A stretch of 64,000 nt of DNA, from NCBI RefSeq assembly GCF_006345805.1, contig NC_043008.1:45384001-45448000 (forward strand), given 5' to 3'. Shown here in pieces: positions 35,763 to 49,589 of this stretch. Made by a program: the position numbers and the translations under genes. Under the pieces are notes generated by a model. That model was not told the DNA's origin. It worked only from the letters and a program-made list of their open reading frames with translations, and ran no database searches. The DNA comes from Octopus sinensis. Lineage: Eukaryota. Within the stretch, counting starts at the first letter, position 1; each line of letters starts with the position of its first letter.

Positions 35763-38660
35763 AGTCTGTGCTGGGTACCCACGCATACTGGGTAAAGTTA
35801 AATTCGTCCATGATAGTCAAGATTTAGGAATGAGGAGAGTTATGAGATCAATGTTAAAATCTCCAATGGTGACGGTTAGGACATCTTTCGGTATGGATTG
35901 CATGAAGATTTGTAGCCTGGAAATGGATAATGCTGTCGTCAAAGATGGTGGCCTGTAGGTGAGTAATAATGAAAATTTGTTTTGCAAATTTCGTGACCGC
36001 AACAGCTGTGTATTCCAGTTGATTGGTTCCAGGGTTCAGCTGCTGCCGTGAAATATATTTTCTTTCAATCGTCATGACAGCACCACCTCGCCTGGCTGTG
36101 ACAGGCCTGTCTGCTCTGAAGGTGTTAGACAGATGTAGGATGGATTCAATCTCTTGGTGGTGCTTCAAGAATGTCTCCAAAAACAGAAGACATCTATGTG
36201 AAGGATTCTCTCATCTGTTTTTAGGTCATCCTGATATTCCAAATAGGATCAAATGTTGAGAAAACGAATGTTCGAGGAAGCATCAGTAGTAGTTGGTACA
36301 GCATTTAGTTTTGTGTTTGACAGAGCTGGGTCATTTCTCTAACTACAGATAGGTTAACACGGATTTGACCCTGCTGAGAGCACCATATGCCTGACCCAAC
36401 ATGAATATTCCCTTTCTTTCCATGAAGACAACAATCTTATCCAGAGTCTTCCCTTGGACTTTATGAATTGTGCAGCTCCAAGCCAGTGAGAGTGGGAATT
36501 GAATTCGTTTTGCGTCAACTTATTGTCTGCCCCTTCGAGTGAAGAACTGTACATGCTGACGCTTGATAGGCACTGCTTCAGGGTATGAGCGCTTATACTG
36601 ACAGCCAGCAATGGCCTCTTTGCCAATGCGTTCACTATCAAATTTCACTAGGCTGGCATGCACATCATTTCCAGAGTGTTCAATCCTTGTCACTGTCCCA
36701 CAGACTCTATTCGCCAGACAATCGGCGATATCAATGTTTACAGTCACCATCACTTTGGCACCAACTGCTACTGATACGACTTCGCTTAAACCTCCCGTTT
36801 CTGATGGTTTTGTTGAATTCAGAACATCAATGAGTCCTGTTTGAACGTCCTTCTTGGTATCAATTGTCTTGATGTTAAACACTTGAGTGGGAAGCTTTTC
36901 CAGATGCTCAGCATTGTGATCATCTCCTTCTTTGTTCGTTTTGAACACATGGAGGGTTTCTGCTGGGTACACGTTGTCTGTTTTATTTTTAACAACCCAG
37001 GATTTGAGCAAGGTTATGTGAACATGCACCTTAGGGTGATGCAAAAATGGGGCCATACAATTCTTTTTCAATTTTCAGGGAGACACTCTCCTATTTTATT
37101 CATATTTCTAAGAAAGTATTGTTTGCAAAATTTGGGGCTGAAAAGAGAAAATTAGAGGTTGCTACCAAGCTTTAAAAATAAATGTAAATCAGTTTGTGCT
37201 CAAAAATATTATTTTGTTGATATTTTTGCCGGAACCAGTTTGATATGTACCGAGTTAACATAGTTTGAAAAAGAAAACGATGACATTCTAGGCTGAAGTA
37301 CGTAGTGAGGTACAGCATATAGCGTGTTAAGTTGGAAGTTTCCCCAGCAGACATAACCACTTAGGTAAGTTTATATTGGGTTTTTGTGGAATAAGAGTAA
37401 TGTGTTCTTGCTTTTATTTGAGTGACGACCTGTAATTTTTAACAATTTAAAGACGGTATTGTTCTTGCTCTTCATCATTGGTTATCAGTTTGTTGTATTC
37501 TTCCATCAGTCGTACACCTCTTTGCGCAATGTTGTTTACCACTTTGAATCCATATGCGATATCTTTTGCATTCACATAACATTCATCATCATTCTATTCT
37601 TCAGCATCTTTTTCAAAACATGTTCAAGGCACGTCTAGCATTTCAAAGAATCTTTTTGTGTTAGCAGTAACGAAACATCCTGCGGTTGTTTCTGCCCATC
37701 TGATTCAGGATTTATTGATGCTCGTTTGCTAGGTTTTGAGTCAACTAGATTCTGCAGAGCATGCTTCATTTTGTTTTTGTTTCATGTGAATCAAAACGTG
37801 CAAGCGCCACAAGCTCCTCAAAGAGGTACCACAAATGTCTCAAAAACGTATTGAGTGCAGCACTTGCAATTTTGCCATCCTTTTCCTTGGAAAACTGCAG
37901 ACTTTGCACAAAATGAAAATCTGATCGAGGGCCACATGGGTGTATGGATGCCAGGTACCACGATCTGGTGTATATCGCAGCTGAAAAACAGCAAACAGAT
38001 CTCAGTCCTTTTCTCACTCTCTTGATTAGTTTAAACTGAGATTTAAACATCCAAATTCCAATGCAGTGAATTAGCATGGCCATCCATCGTGCTCTGTGAT
38101 AAGCTTTGGGTGCTTTCAAGCTGATTCCTAACTTGGGGGTAATGAGCGTTAGCTCGAGCAATTCCTCGTAGTCATTACGAGGCTGCAGGTCATCAAACTG
38201 AGCTTGAGCAAACTGAATGATTTCTTCAGCATCTGAGATTTCCTCTGCAATGTTAGGGTCATCTGTTGCTGTTTGGTAATTATTCTCGTCAATTTCCACC
38301 CACTTTGATCTGAATCGCTTAAACAGTTGTATGTTAGGGTCAGTAGAAGATGGCAAAGAGACAGAAAATGTACAATAAACACGAACTGAAAAAGAAAAAT
38401 AACAATATACAAAATGTTCAGTGGATGGTAGCAACCTCTAAAATGTCTTCAATTCTGCTGACATTTTGTATGTTGAGTTTTTGCACTAATTTAAATAAAA
38501 TTAGATGGTGTCTTCAAGTTTTTGAAATGGCAACTTATTATGCATCACCCTAATGCACCTATTCTCAGCCGTATCAGCACCTGTCCAAACTGTTGATCTT
38601 CTTCCTGCCTCATGCTCTCTGTAAGTTCACTCAAGGTGAAGTTTTCCTTCCCAAGTGAAT
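35763..38660 (-). mobile_element. Helentron-type Helitron relic: PIF1 helicase followed by an AP endonuclease, interrupted by the 37032-38552 insertion
   Basis: ELTESMRQEEDQQF..LIRLRIG (38560-38655); VGAKVMVTVNIDIADCLAN..GTV; [31 protein letters not shown]; then ETFL, FRADR..RGG, YRPP, GDFNID. Confidence 0.88.
37032..38552 (-). mobile_element. hAT-superfamily (hATm-like) DNA transposon, internally deleted, TIRs and 8-bp TSD intact
   Basis: TIR tagggtgatgca (37032-43) / tgcatcacccta (38541-52); TSD ATGCACCT at 37024-31 and 38553-60. ORF 37766..38434 has PRNDYEELLEL, HRARWM and LRHLWYL; downstream lies KVVNNIAQRGV. Confidence 0.88.
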
Positions 38661-38783
38661 TATGAAGATTTACCTTCATTTTCCCATGTAATACAGAACA
38701 TGCATCATTTGTTTCAATAAATTTGTTAAATGAATATGGATTTTATTAGCGATGTTTAATGCCATTACTTTCCACCCACCCTG

Positions 38784-38873
<90 letters not shown>

Positions 38874-39641
38874 CAATTGCGACTCCGGCACTAAGGCTGT
38901 TCGGGCTTGGCCCGAGTATAAATTTAGTAAAGTGGACGTGTATTTGCAAACTGATTTAATTTCTGCCAACACTGACTTCAAGTAATTACAGCCAAAAACT
39001 TGGGCTCCTTTTATTGAGGCTGATCAGAATTCATTTGTTTTCGTTCAGCATCTGGCGGTTTTCTTAGAGGTGCCATGGGGCAAAAAAAAGAAAAAAAATC
39101 ATTCGTAGCAGACTTTCTCTCGTCATCGTTCACACGCGCCTGACTTGGGTTCAGAAGTTACAGCCCAAGTTCTTATCTAAAACCATACAAATTAAAAGTA
39201 ATTCAAATTCTATGTTTTCTTGAAACAATAGGTTTCTATAGAGATTAGGATTTAAATTCCAAATTACAAAAAGTTTCTGTTCTACAACATTCTTAAAGGA
39301 ACGAAAAATTATCCAGAAGCTCGGGCTGATACGAACGATCCTGGTAGGTGTAAAAGACTAAATGGCATATGTTGGCAAGAGTAGAGACGACAGTCAATTC
39401 ACTGATACTTGCTATGTTGTTATTCTGTGTGCCTGTGTGTATAGATCCGTTGTGTTTTGCAGGGTTGCTTAATTTTTACCCTCAACTTGGAAAGGGAGAA
39501 AGACATAGTATCAGATATAGAAAATAAACCATTTGGGATTAGAAATATTGCTGGAAAACGTGAAATTCTTCGAGCAGTCATGTATCTTATGCGAAATCTG
39601 TGATGAGCCTGAGTGACGCTGATGACCTGGCATCACCACTG

Positions 39642-39691
<50 letters not shown>

Positions 39692-40362
39692 CAATTGTGT
39701 GTGTGTGTGTGTGTGTGGTGTGTGTGTAGCTTAAGCATTGCGAGATTAATAACGACGAAGCTATAGGCTATTATTCAGGCTCTCCACGAAGAGTCTGCCT
39801 CATAGCAGAAACAGCTGCAGACTAACGAAGTTCATAGTAGAACCAATGTTTTCCCGATGTCATTTCGTTTTCTTTATAAATATATCAAGAAAATGGAAAC
39901 ATGAAAATACGTCCCTTTTACAAAATGGTCCTGAAATGTCCCTCATTATTGAATGATGCTCTTAGTGTATAACGGATAGTTTTGATACAGACAGAAATCT
40001 GCGATACCATTACACCAAAGCGTGACGCCTACTTCAATCATCAACATTGGAAGGCTTGATCATATTAGCAAAAATGAAAATGAGTTTACATGAAATGAGA
40101 TCAGATTTAAGAAGTAACGAACAATGTAAAAATATGTGCCTTCAACGAAATTTTTCTTTAAATGTGAGTCTGAAATATTGTGGGTAAAAACCCTTGGACT
40201 TAAAAAAGTAGACAGCCATTCACTTGACTCGAGACAGTCATCTAATACTCAATATATGCAACAAAGTCAGCGTAGTCACGTTATAAAATTAATGATTTAT
40301 TTGCCAACTACATTTAGTTTTAAAGTTGGCCAGCCGTTCAACTCGTTTCCTCCCCACCACCC

Positions 40363-40475
40363 TCTGTCTATCTGTCTGTCCGTCTGTCTATCTGTCTGTC
40401 CGTCTGTCTATCTGTCTGTCCGTCTGTCTATCTGTCTGTCCGTCTGTCTATCTGTCTCTCTCTCTCTCTCTCTTT
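40363..40475. repeat. 20-bp minisatellite (ctgtctatctgtctgtccgt) x about 4.5, then (CT)n
   Basis: Seen directly. Confidence 0.9.
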
Positions 40476-42814
40476 CACACACATACACACATACACCGCT
40501 GCTGCTTTTTGAATATACATCACATTAATCATTCCATTCCCGATGCGCCTGCCATTTCTAACTCTATAGTGTTGATGTAAAGATTATTGATAGACAAATA
40601 AAACAGTTAATAGCAAATCAATTGTTTTCTTTCATAAGAAACCCTCTCCTGCAACTAATCTGCATGGTTAGGCTTGGTATTGAAGTTCATGGATTTCCGA
40701 TTTGTGGTTTGGTTTTGTTGTTGAAACGAAACGTTTGCACTTTCGAACTGAACGCTTCAGATTCGACTTGGCAAGAGTTTGCAGCAATTTTTCCGAAGCC
40801 TCCCACAGGATGGTATATAGATTACCAAATTACAACAATATGTATCATAATCAGAAATCAAGTCTTGTTTTGTGATGAACTGAATATAGCTCTAATTAAT
40901 AACCAGACAGATTTAAAATCAACTCATTAATCTTGTTGCCTAACACCTATTAATTAAAACTGAAGGATTGTAGGCTCAAAGTGGTATGATATATTTCTAA
41001 ATAGTGATTTAGTGAAACATTAATACAGTACCAAATACAGCATGCTAAAACTTTCCATTCCTAGCAGGAATTCTGATATTACATTTTGCCTCCTGGTTAA
41101 AAGATTTGATTTTTTTTTAAATTGTAGAATAGCAAAATTAGGAATTAGACAGGATAACTAGATCAATCTACTTACGAAATTAAAATTCACAAATCGTATA
41201 ATGTAAATTATACGCATATTAAAAAGAATTGATATCTGTGATTGACGCAAGATCATATAATAAAAAAGTATATTATTTTCAGCATAACGGGTACAAATTT
41301 ATTGACTCCTTACTGAAGATAAAGAGAAGGTATTGGCAACATTTGATCCCTGAAAGCAGCTTGACGTAATTCAATAAAATTTCTAGTTAAAAGATATACC
41401 TCATGCTCTAACATACTTTTACTGAAAACCTTCATGACCCATAATCAATTTTTTTTTATAAGTCTATAAAGAAATTTAGCCTGACTTTAAATGTAGGGGA
41501 CGCTTGATTGGCAATTCTTCTATTACCAATTTAAATCTCATGCATGTTAAAGCATATAGAGAACGCTAAGAAGTATTTGATTTAGGCGATAAAGCGGTAT
41601 GAACATAAGAAATTAATTTAAGTTGCATCTAAGTTTTTCACAATGAAATTAACAACGTATTCATATACATAATATACCATGTATGCTAACAAACAAATAA
41701 ATAGCTCTCCCGTTTACCATGCAAATCTATATTCCCGGAATAAAGTTTCAATTGGAACCCAAAATTTCATTTTCAACTGTTTGTTTTGGTAAATTAGACA
41801 ATCTCCATCCAGCATCTGTAGACTACTGGCAATCTATTTGTATTATATTTCTAATATTTTCATACTTTGAATGTAGAATAATAATGAATATATTATACCA
41901 ATTTCCTATGTCACTTTAATATTACATAAATCTATTGAACTAGTTTGGTTAGAATAAATGAGGATGTTCATGACAAAAGTTTGAATAAAATGCTTAGCTC
42001 CTTTGCTATTTGAAAAGCAGCTAATCGTGCTTCATGAGCTCAGGTCCCCGATAGACAAAGATGTTTCGAAGAATCGGGTGATAAAGTTACATTTACATTT
42101 TAGACAAACGATAAAAAGTGCTGTAAGTAGCTCCCTTCCGTGCGTTTTTTAATACTCTAACACATTAATAAAAGAGAGAATTTTATTGGAATAAACAGTA
42201 TTTCATAGAATAAATTTCAGTTCGAATCAATCAGAAGAAAAGCAATGTGTCAGGCAAGCTTACTTAGCAGAATAATAGACTCACTAATATGTAAAGCAAT
42301 ACATAAAAGAGATTCGCTTTTTTGGGAATTTACTTAAAAAAAAATACCGTAAATTATAAGATATAATGGCAGATTTTTATAGGCATCAAGCTATTCGAAT
42401 GTTATGTGTTTAGATAAATATCTAAAAGTAAAACCTTAATCAAAATTTTATATTTATGCTTGGCTTAAAAACGTCAGCTTAATAATAAAAAATAAGCCAT
42501 TAGCTGCCTTACGTTGTTTAAATAACATATTTAATTCACTGAATATATATCTATAATTATTTTTAGAAAAGAGACATGACTAAGTGGTTAAATTCTCAGA
42601 CAATAAACTTTCAGGCCGAAAAGCGACACCAATTAAACTTGATGCGATAATACAACACACACATGCGCACTCGCTTACACACACATACACATCAGATAAT
42701 ATATAATATATTAAAGATTTCTTACATAAATGATATATTATAAGATAAAAAGTTATATATATATATATATATATTATATACAAAAGGAGAACATTTCACA
42801 TTAGTGAAAGCGCG

Positions 42815-43088
42815 CTTCTTAGTGTTTAGCGTATTCGGTTTACAATCGCAAAGTTGTGAGTTGAACTCAGGCTGAGTTCAACTTTGTGGCCTTTTGAAAG
42901 ACACTTTATTTTAAGTTGCTCCGGTCCACTCAGCTGGCAAAGATGAGTAGTATCTCTGTGTCATACTGAATTTCACTGACAACTACGTATCGATGGAGTA
43001 CTCTGCCACATGCACGCTAATTTCACAAGTAGGCTGTTCCGTCGATCGGATCAACTGGAACCCTTACCATCGTAATTGACAGAGTACC
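42815..43088 (+). mobile_element. Old tRNA-derived SINE (family of 51858-52176)
   Basis: Shares aagacactttattt..gttgctcc.gtccactcagctggcaaa.atgagt and the 3' body with the 51858 copy. Confidence 0.7.
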
Positions 43089-43166
43089 AAATATGACATT
43101 ATATAACTATTATAGTATGCAGTTTATGCTATATCATACATCTGTCTGTCTGTCTGTCTCTCCCCT

Positions 43167-43220
<54 letters not shown>

Positions 43221-43223
<3 letters not shown>

Positions 43224-44080
43224 TTTTTTCTCTTTTATTCCATTCTTTGTTTCTGTCATTTGACTGTGGCCATGCTGGAGCACCGATGTTAGTCGAAGAA
43301 GTCGATCCCAGGACTTATTCTTTGTAAGCCTAGTACTTATCGTATCGGTTTTTTTGCCGAATAGCAAAGTTACGGGACGTAAACACGCCAACATCGGTTG
43401 TCAAGCGATGGTGATGGAACAAGCACAGGCACACAAAATATGTATATATATATATTATGTATATATTGAGAGTCACGGGAGTTGCTGGTTGTAAGAAGCT
43501 TGCTTCTCAAACACATGGTTCCGGATTCAATCCTACTGCGTGGCACCTTGTGCGGGTGTCTTCCACTATACCCTAGGTCCGACCAAATCTTTGTGAGTGA
43601 ATTTGGTAGACGGAAACTGAAATAAGCCCATCGTATATATATATAATATATATATTATATATATATATTCTTTTTTCTCTTTTATTCCATTCTTTGTTTC
43701 TGTCATTTGACTGTGGCCATGCTGGAGCACCGATGTTAGTCGAAGAAGTCGATCCCAGGACTTATTCTTTGTAAGCCTAGTACTTATCGTATCGGTTTTT
43801 TTGCCGAATAGCAAAGTTACGGGACGTAAACACGCCAACATCGGTTGTCAAGCGATGGTGATGGAACAAGCACAGGCACACAAAATATGTATATATATAT
43901 ATTATGTATATATTGAGAGTCACGGGAGTTGCTGGGTTGTAAGAAGCTTGCTTCTCAAACACATGGTTCCGGATTCAATCCTACTGCGTGGCACCTTGTG
44001 CGGGTGTCTTCCACTATACCCTAGGTCCGACCAAATCTTTGTGAGTGAATTTGGTAGACGGAAACTGAAATAAGCCCATC

Positions 44081-44082
<2 letters not shown>
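43221..44082. repeat. Tandem duplication (447-bp period) of a back-to-back pair of SINE family A halves
   Basis: Units start at 43221 and 43668. Each is a SINE 3' half (minus), a short TA tract and a SINE 5' half (plus), and the two units are nearly identical. Confidence 0.9.
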
Positions 44083-44134
<52 letters not shown>

Positions 44135-44734
44135 GTATATGTTTTTGTGTCTGTGTTTGCCCCCACACCAGGTGCTATTAAAATTCTTTTACTTTCGACA
44201 TACGTTTCGAAGACAACATTGGTATTATTCTAGAAGGAATGAAATGGTGTAAAATAATGCAATAGTCAAATCAAGGAAAGAAAGAAAATACATATATCAA
44301 TAAGACATCTTAACAGAATGTGATGACTGCATATATGATGAAAGGAATGCTATCAAGTTTAAAAGAAAAAAACGTTAGTAGATATAAAGTCAAAGGTAGT
44401 TTATTAAAAGAGGAGGAGAAAGAAAGAAATTAGCAGAAAACTAATAGTGCAGAGATATAGAGCAATAGGTGAATTAGAATAAAACTTAAAAGAATGGAAG
44501 TAGATATATTTATTGGAAGTGCAATGTAAGAAGACATTTAAAGGTCGAATTTTATAGAATGGCAGAAATCACTTATAAGAATTAATGGTATGTTTCTGCC
44601 GATGTTTGCAACGATAAACACGTTGTATAAACGTGTTTACAAGGGGGATTCTTTGAGAATAGGATAAAAAACATTTCACTAATATAAAGGGAGCAAAAAG
44701 ATTTACCTTTGTTAAAAGGTACAGAAATAGAGAG

Positions 44735-44770
<36 letters not shown>

Positions 44771-45079
44771 TGCATTTTATTGTGTCTGGAGAGAGTCTCG
44801 TTTTGTGCCTTATTAATTTAACACACTCACTAGACTGATTTGCACTGATTTACTAACATAGACTTTATTGTCTAGGTCTCCTACTTAAACTGAGCTATGA
44901 CAGTAGCTATCTCGACAACCATGACCTTAGTAGATTCTGCCGCACCAGGTCACAGAGAGGAAGACCATCACCTCGGCGGCGAAGAAAACCCCGCAGAGCG
45001 CTGCAGTGGCTGAACCACACACACACCCAAGACCCTGAGAACAACAGTCAGGTGAAAAGAACGAACGCACAGGCAATAG

Positions 45080-46362
45080 GGGCCAGCATAATAACCACCT
45101 TGAAGAACCACATAGCAAAGTTTAACAAGAAACTATACATGCTGGTTCAAGATGCCGCCATTGATGTCGGTGTGGATGGAGATGTGGCCGTCCTCTTTAT
45201 GACTTGGTTGGACAGAAAACTAAAATATTCCTTAGCAGAACAAGCCATTAATGTTTTAGTTTACTGTAGGTATGTAGATGACTTTAACATTCTAGTTAGG
45301 ACCAACTCTAGTAACTGCAATGAAGAAACCGAGAGAAGTTATATGGAGAGCATAGCTAACTCCATCCACCAAGTATCAAGATAACTATAGATTACCCCAT
45401 TAGTTACGCTAAGAATAGAGGCAGTGTCCTTGATACTGAACTTTGGTTAGAAACTGTGAACAACAGAATGCAACTGCCCCACTCTTATTACATAGAACTT
45501 ATAGCTTCTAAATATGTTGTTCACAAGAACTCAGCTTTATCATACAATACGAAAATCAACATAATGATAGCAGACCTAGTTAGGATAATGAACAACGTGT
45601 TCCCACTATGCGAACGCTATGAAACAAAGAAATATGAACAGAACTTCATGTACTGCATGCAATCCTCTGGATAGGATCAGAAAGATAGGGTTCGGGTGTA
45701 CAAGAGTGCTAGAAAGAAGATAGCGTTATAAGTAATGAAAGCAGTGGTACTTGCTTTAGTTATAGAAACAAAAAATGGAATAGGACACAAAGAACATGTG
45801 ACAAAGCAAGCAAGGTGAACACGTGGCACAAAACTGAAATATATCAAGGAGTGATGTTTGTAGAGGTAACACCGCATGGAGAACTAACCCGTAGATTTAG
45901 GAAAGCTTTGAAGGAGGCTAAATACAACGTTAAAATCGTTGAAAAGCCAGGGGTCTCCATCAGACCACAACTATGTAGGACGTACCCTTTTGAGAATAGC
46001 ACATGCGCCAATGATAACTGCATGGTATGTAGGATTAACCCTGGAATTAACTGTAGAACTAGAAATGTATAGCAAAAAAAATCTATAGCAAAAGGTGCAT
46101 AGAGTTTGCTTGTAAAGACAAGAACATAATATACACAGATGAGATATCTAAAAGCATTGCGGAAAGACTAATTGAATATTTGAGACAATATGACGACAAA
46201 AAAACAATCCTCCATACTCTATCAACATGCCAAAGACCAAAACTGGGTCAAATTGACGTCCCCATTTTATCCAAGCACCCGAAGAACCCAACAGTCAGAG
46301 AAGTACCAGAGTACATCTTCATTAATGAAACATTCCCAGTACTAAATAAGAAATATACATAG
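45080..46362 (+). mobile_element. Penelope-like element relic, RT + GIY-YIG, many stops and frameshifts
   Basis: YCRYVDDFNI, VLDTELW, VMFVEVTPHGEL, CANDNCMVC..NCRTRNV, YQH, INE..PVLNKK. Confidence 0.85.
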
Positions 46363-46384
46363 GTGTCATATCCCCAATACCCAC

Positions 46385-46897
46385 AGTTTAGTCTCCTTAT
46401 CTCCTTATCTCCTCAAAGACATACAGCATCTCGAAAGAGTCCAGAAGCTGGCTACCCGCATGGTTCATGGTCTCAAAAATTTGTCCTACGAAGAAAGGCT
46501 GAGGGCGCTCGACCTTTATTCTCTTGAAAAACGCCGCCGCCGTGGTGATCTCATTCTCGCCCACAACATCATAAGCGGAAAGTGTAACCTCTCGAAAGAG
46601 CTGTTCTTCACTCCTGCTCAAGGGCGTCGGCTGCGGGGTCATTCCGAAAAGCTCTACCTGCGACGATTTCATCTCAATCGAAGGAGAGGAGCTTTCTCCG
46701 TCCGGGTTGCGGATCCGTGGAACAAGCTGCCAGACGAGATGGTGAAGATGCCGACGACCGCTTTGTTCAAAGCCTCCCTTGACCTCAAGTGGCCTGAACT
46801 CTTTACATGAACACCACCCTGTACCTAACTCCATGTCCCCCTACATGGCCTTGCTATTTGCTTTTGAGCCAAATTAACTAACTAACTAACTAACTAA
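46385..46897 (+). mobile_element. CR1-type LINE 3' end (family C) with a (CTAA)n tail
   Basis: ORF 46460..46810 LSYEERLRALDLYSLEKRRRRGDLI..RGHS..FSVRVADPWNKLP..FKASLD; tail aactaactaactaac. Confidence 0.92.
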
Positions 46898-46976
46898 ACC
46901 AAACACAGACACACATAAACCAGAGCACACAAGCGCATGGATATGCAAAATACATACATACAAACATACACACACG

Positions 46977-47038
<62 letters not shown>

Positions 47039-47108
47039 CATATATATATATACATACATATATATACATATATATATATATATGTATATATATATTTATA
47101 TACATATA

Positions 47109-47350
47109 ATAACTTAACTTAGAATAACTTAGAAAGGTTTTTGGCCAGTATTGGCCCAGGCCATGTCTAACTTAATAGCACCACCTTGCGAAGTCTTTCA
47201 GTTCAGGATTTGGGCACCAAGGCCCATTCGAGCAGAGAGTTATTGTTGGCAGAGACATATCCGAGTGTGGGTGGTTTGTCCGGTACTGTTTGAAGGAATT
47301 TGTCCAAAGACTTCTTGAATTTTGTGTGGTCAGTTTCTTTTTTGACGTGT
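47109..47350 (-). mobile_element. 3' end of LINE family B
   Basis: [41 protein letters not shown] matches 12000-12130; the UTR ggtggtgctattaagttagaca is shared. Confidence 0.88.
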
Positions 47351-48440
47351 ATACATGCATATATATATATACATACGTGTATATACATATATATATATAC
47401 ATATATATATATACACATACATATATATATATATTTATACATACATATATATATATACATACATATATATACATATATATATAATATACATACATATATA
47501 TATACATACATACATATACATATATATATATACATACATATATATATTCATACATATACATATATATATATACATATATATAATATATATATATATATAT
47601 ATAATATATATACATACATAATATACATACATATATATATATATATAGATATATATATATATATAATACATATATATACATACATATATATATATATACA
47701 TACATATACATATATATACATACATATATATATACATATATATATACATATATATACATACATATATATATACATACATATATATTGACGTATATATATG
47801 TACATATATATACATATATATACATATATATATATACATACATATACATATATATACATATATATACATATATATATACATATATATATATACATATATA
47901 TATATACATACATATACATATATATACATACATATATATATATATACATACATATACATATATATACATACACATATATATATACATATATATATACATA
48001 TATATATATATACACACACACATATATATATACATATATATATATATACACACACACATATATATAAACATATATATACATATATATACACACATATATA
48101 TAGACATATATATACATATATATACATACATATATATATACATATATATATACATACATATATATAAATACATATATATATACATACATATATACATACA
48201 TATATATAAATACATATATATATACATACATATATATACACACATATATACATATACATATATATATACATATATACACACACATATATATATACATATA
48301 TATATACATATATGTATATATATATATATATACATGCAGAGTACCTACATACATGCATACAAACGTACGCACACACACACATCTATACGCATACACACAC
48401 ATACCTACATATATGTATACGCACACACACACACACTGAC
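47351..48440. repeat. Irregular (TA)nCA array
   Basis: Seen directly. Confidence 0.95.
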
Positions 48441-49052
48441 GGACAATCATACGCACAAAAAATAAAGAAGGCAGTTCCCATAACGGATAGAGTCAACGAC
48501 TTCTGAAGAGGTTGCAGGGGCCAAAGAAAATTTTATTAAAAATAAATAAGGAAATGAGTGGAAATCAGACTGATGTGTGTATTAAATTAATAAGACACTT
48601 AATGAGAAGGACTTTCGTGAGATACAATAAGATATGCTTCAGCACAGGAACTGACATAAATAATCTTGCAAACCAAACACAAAAACGAAATAAGTATTAA
48701 ATTTAATTTAGGTTGAAAGTCAACAAAGTTTGCTTTAGAAATGTTGAGATGTATTGAAAGATACAGATAAGGAAATGATTTTATTCTCAAACGCAGGATA
48801 ATGCTAATAGCATAGCACGAACTGTACAAACTATCTATATTTTGCAGAAAAATCTCTCGGCGGTCAGCCATGACACTCAAACTCACATCCCTGTGATTAC
48901 TCATCAAGAGCTTTACCATTAAGCTAAACTACCCAGCGACAAATTCTTCTGCAATTTTAAGACGCTATCTTACATTAACTTCAGCTTTGTTGACTTTCAA
49001 CGTAGGTTGAATTTAACATACGATAGCTTCTTATAAAGCTAGATTTATATAA

Positions 49053-49274
49053 GAGTAAAGATTGTTTGCCAAAATAACATGGCAGTCCTGGTTTAGGACG
49101 ATACACATATATTGTTTTGAGCTGAGTGGGGGCGCTATATTGCCTTGTTCGAAAACATAAGGACACAGATCGTGCCGTATAGCCAACTGGATATGATGTC
49201 TCCTGGGATTAAATTACAGCAGCATTCGTCCTAAACCAGGACTACCATGTTATGTTGGCAAACAATTTTTACTC
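49053..49274. repeat. 49-bp inverted repeat with a structured 124-bp spacer
   Basis: gagtaaagattgtttgccaaaataacatggcagtcctggtttaggacga versus tcgtcctaaaccaggactaccatgttatgttggcaaacaatttttactc, 3 mismatches. Confidence 0.85.
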
Positions 49275-49375
49275 CAAATTACTGGATATCTCTCATTGTG
49301 AGATTTATAAATAGTAATTTTCTAGATTTATATATCTTAAAATTGCACACACACTCACACACACACACACACACA

Positions 49376-49417
<42 letters not shown>

Positions 49418-49419
49418 CG

Positions 49420-49585
49420 TAAGGCGGGATTTTCTCAGTTTCCGTCTACCAAATCCACCCACAAGGCTTTGGTCGGCCCTAGGCTATAGTAAAAGACGCT
49501 TGCCTAAGGTGCAACGCAGTGGGACTGAACCCTGAGCCATGTGATTCATAGGCAAGCTACCTACCACAAAGCCACTCCTACGCCT
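49420..49585 (-). mobile_element. SINE family A 5' half
   Basis: The minus strand reads aggcgtaggagtggctttgtggtagg..gggttcagtccc. Confidence 0.85.
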
Positions 49586-49589
49586 ATTA

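Noticed and set aside
38700-38787. Possible Tc1/mariner terminus (TA-CAGGGTGGGTGG on minus)
   Set aside because: No partner TIR or transposase found nearby.
39790-39826. tgc-ctcata-gca-GAAACAGCTG..agact resembling a hammerhead 3' half
   Set aside because: The CUGANGA core and NUH triplet are missing; at best a dead relic.
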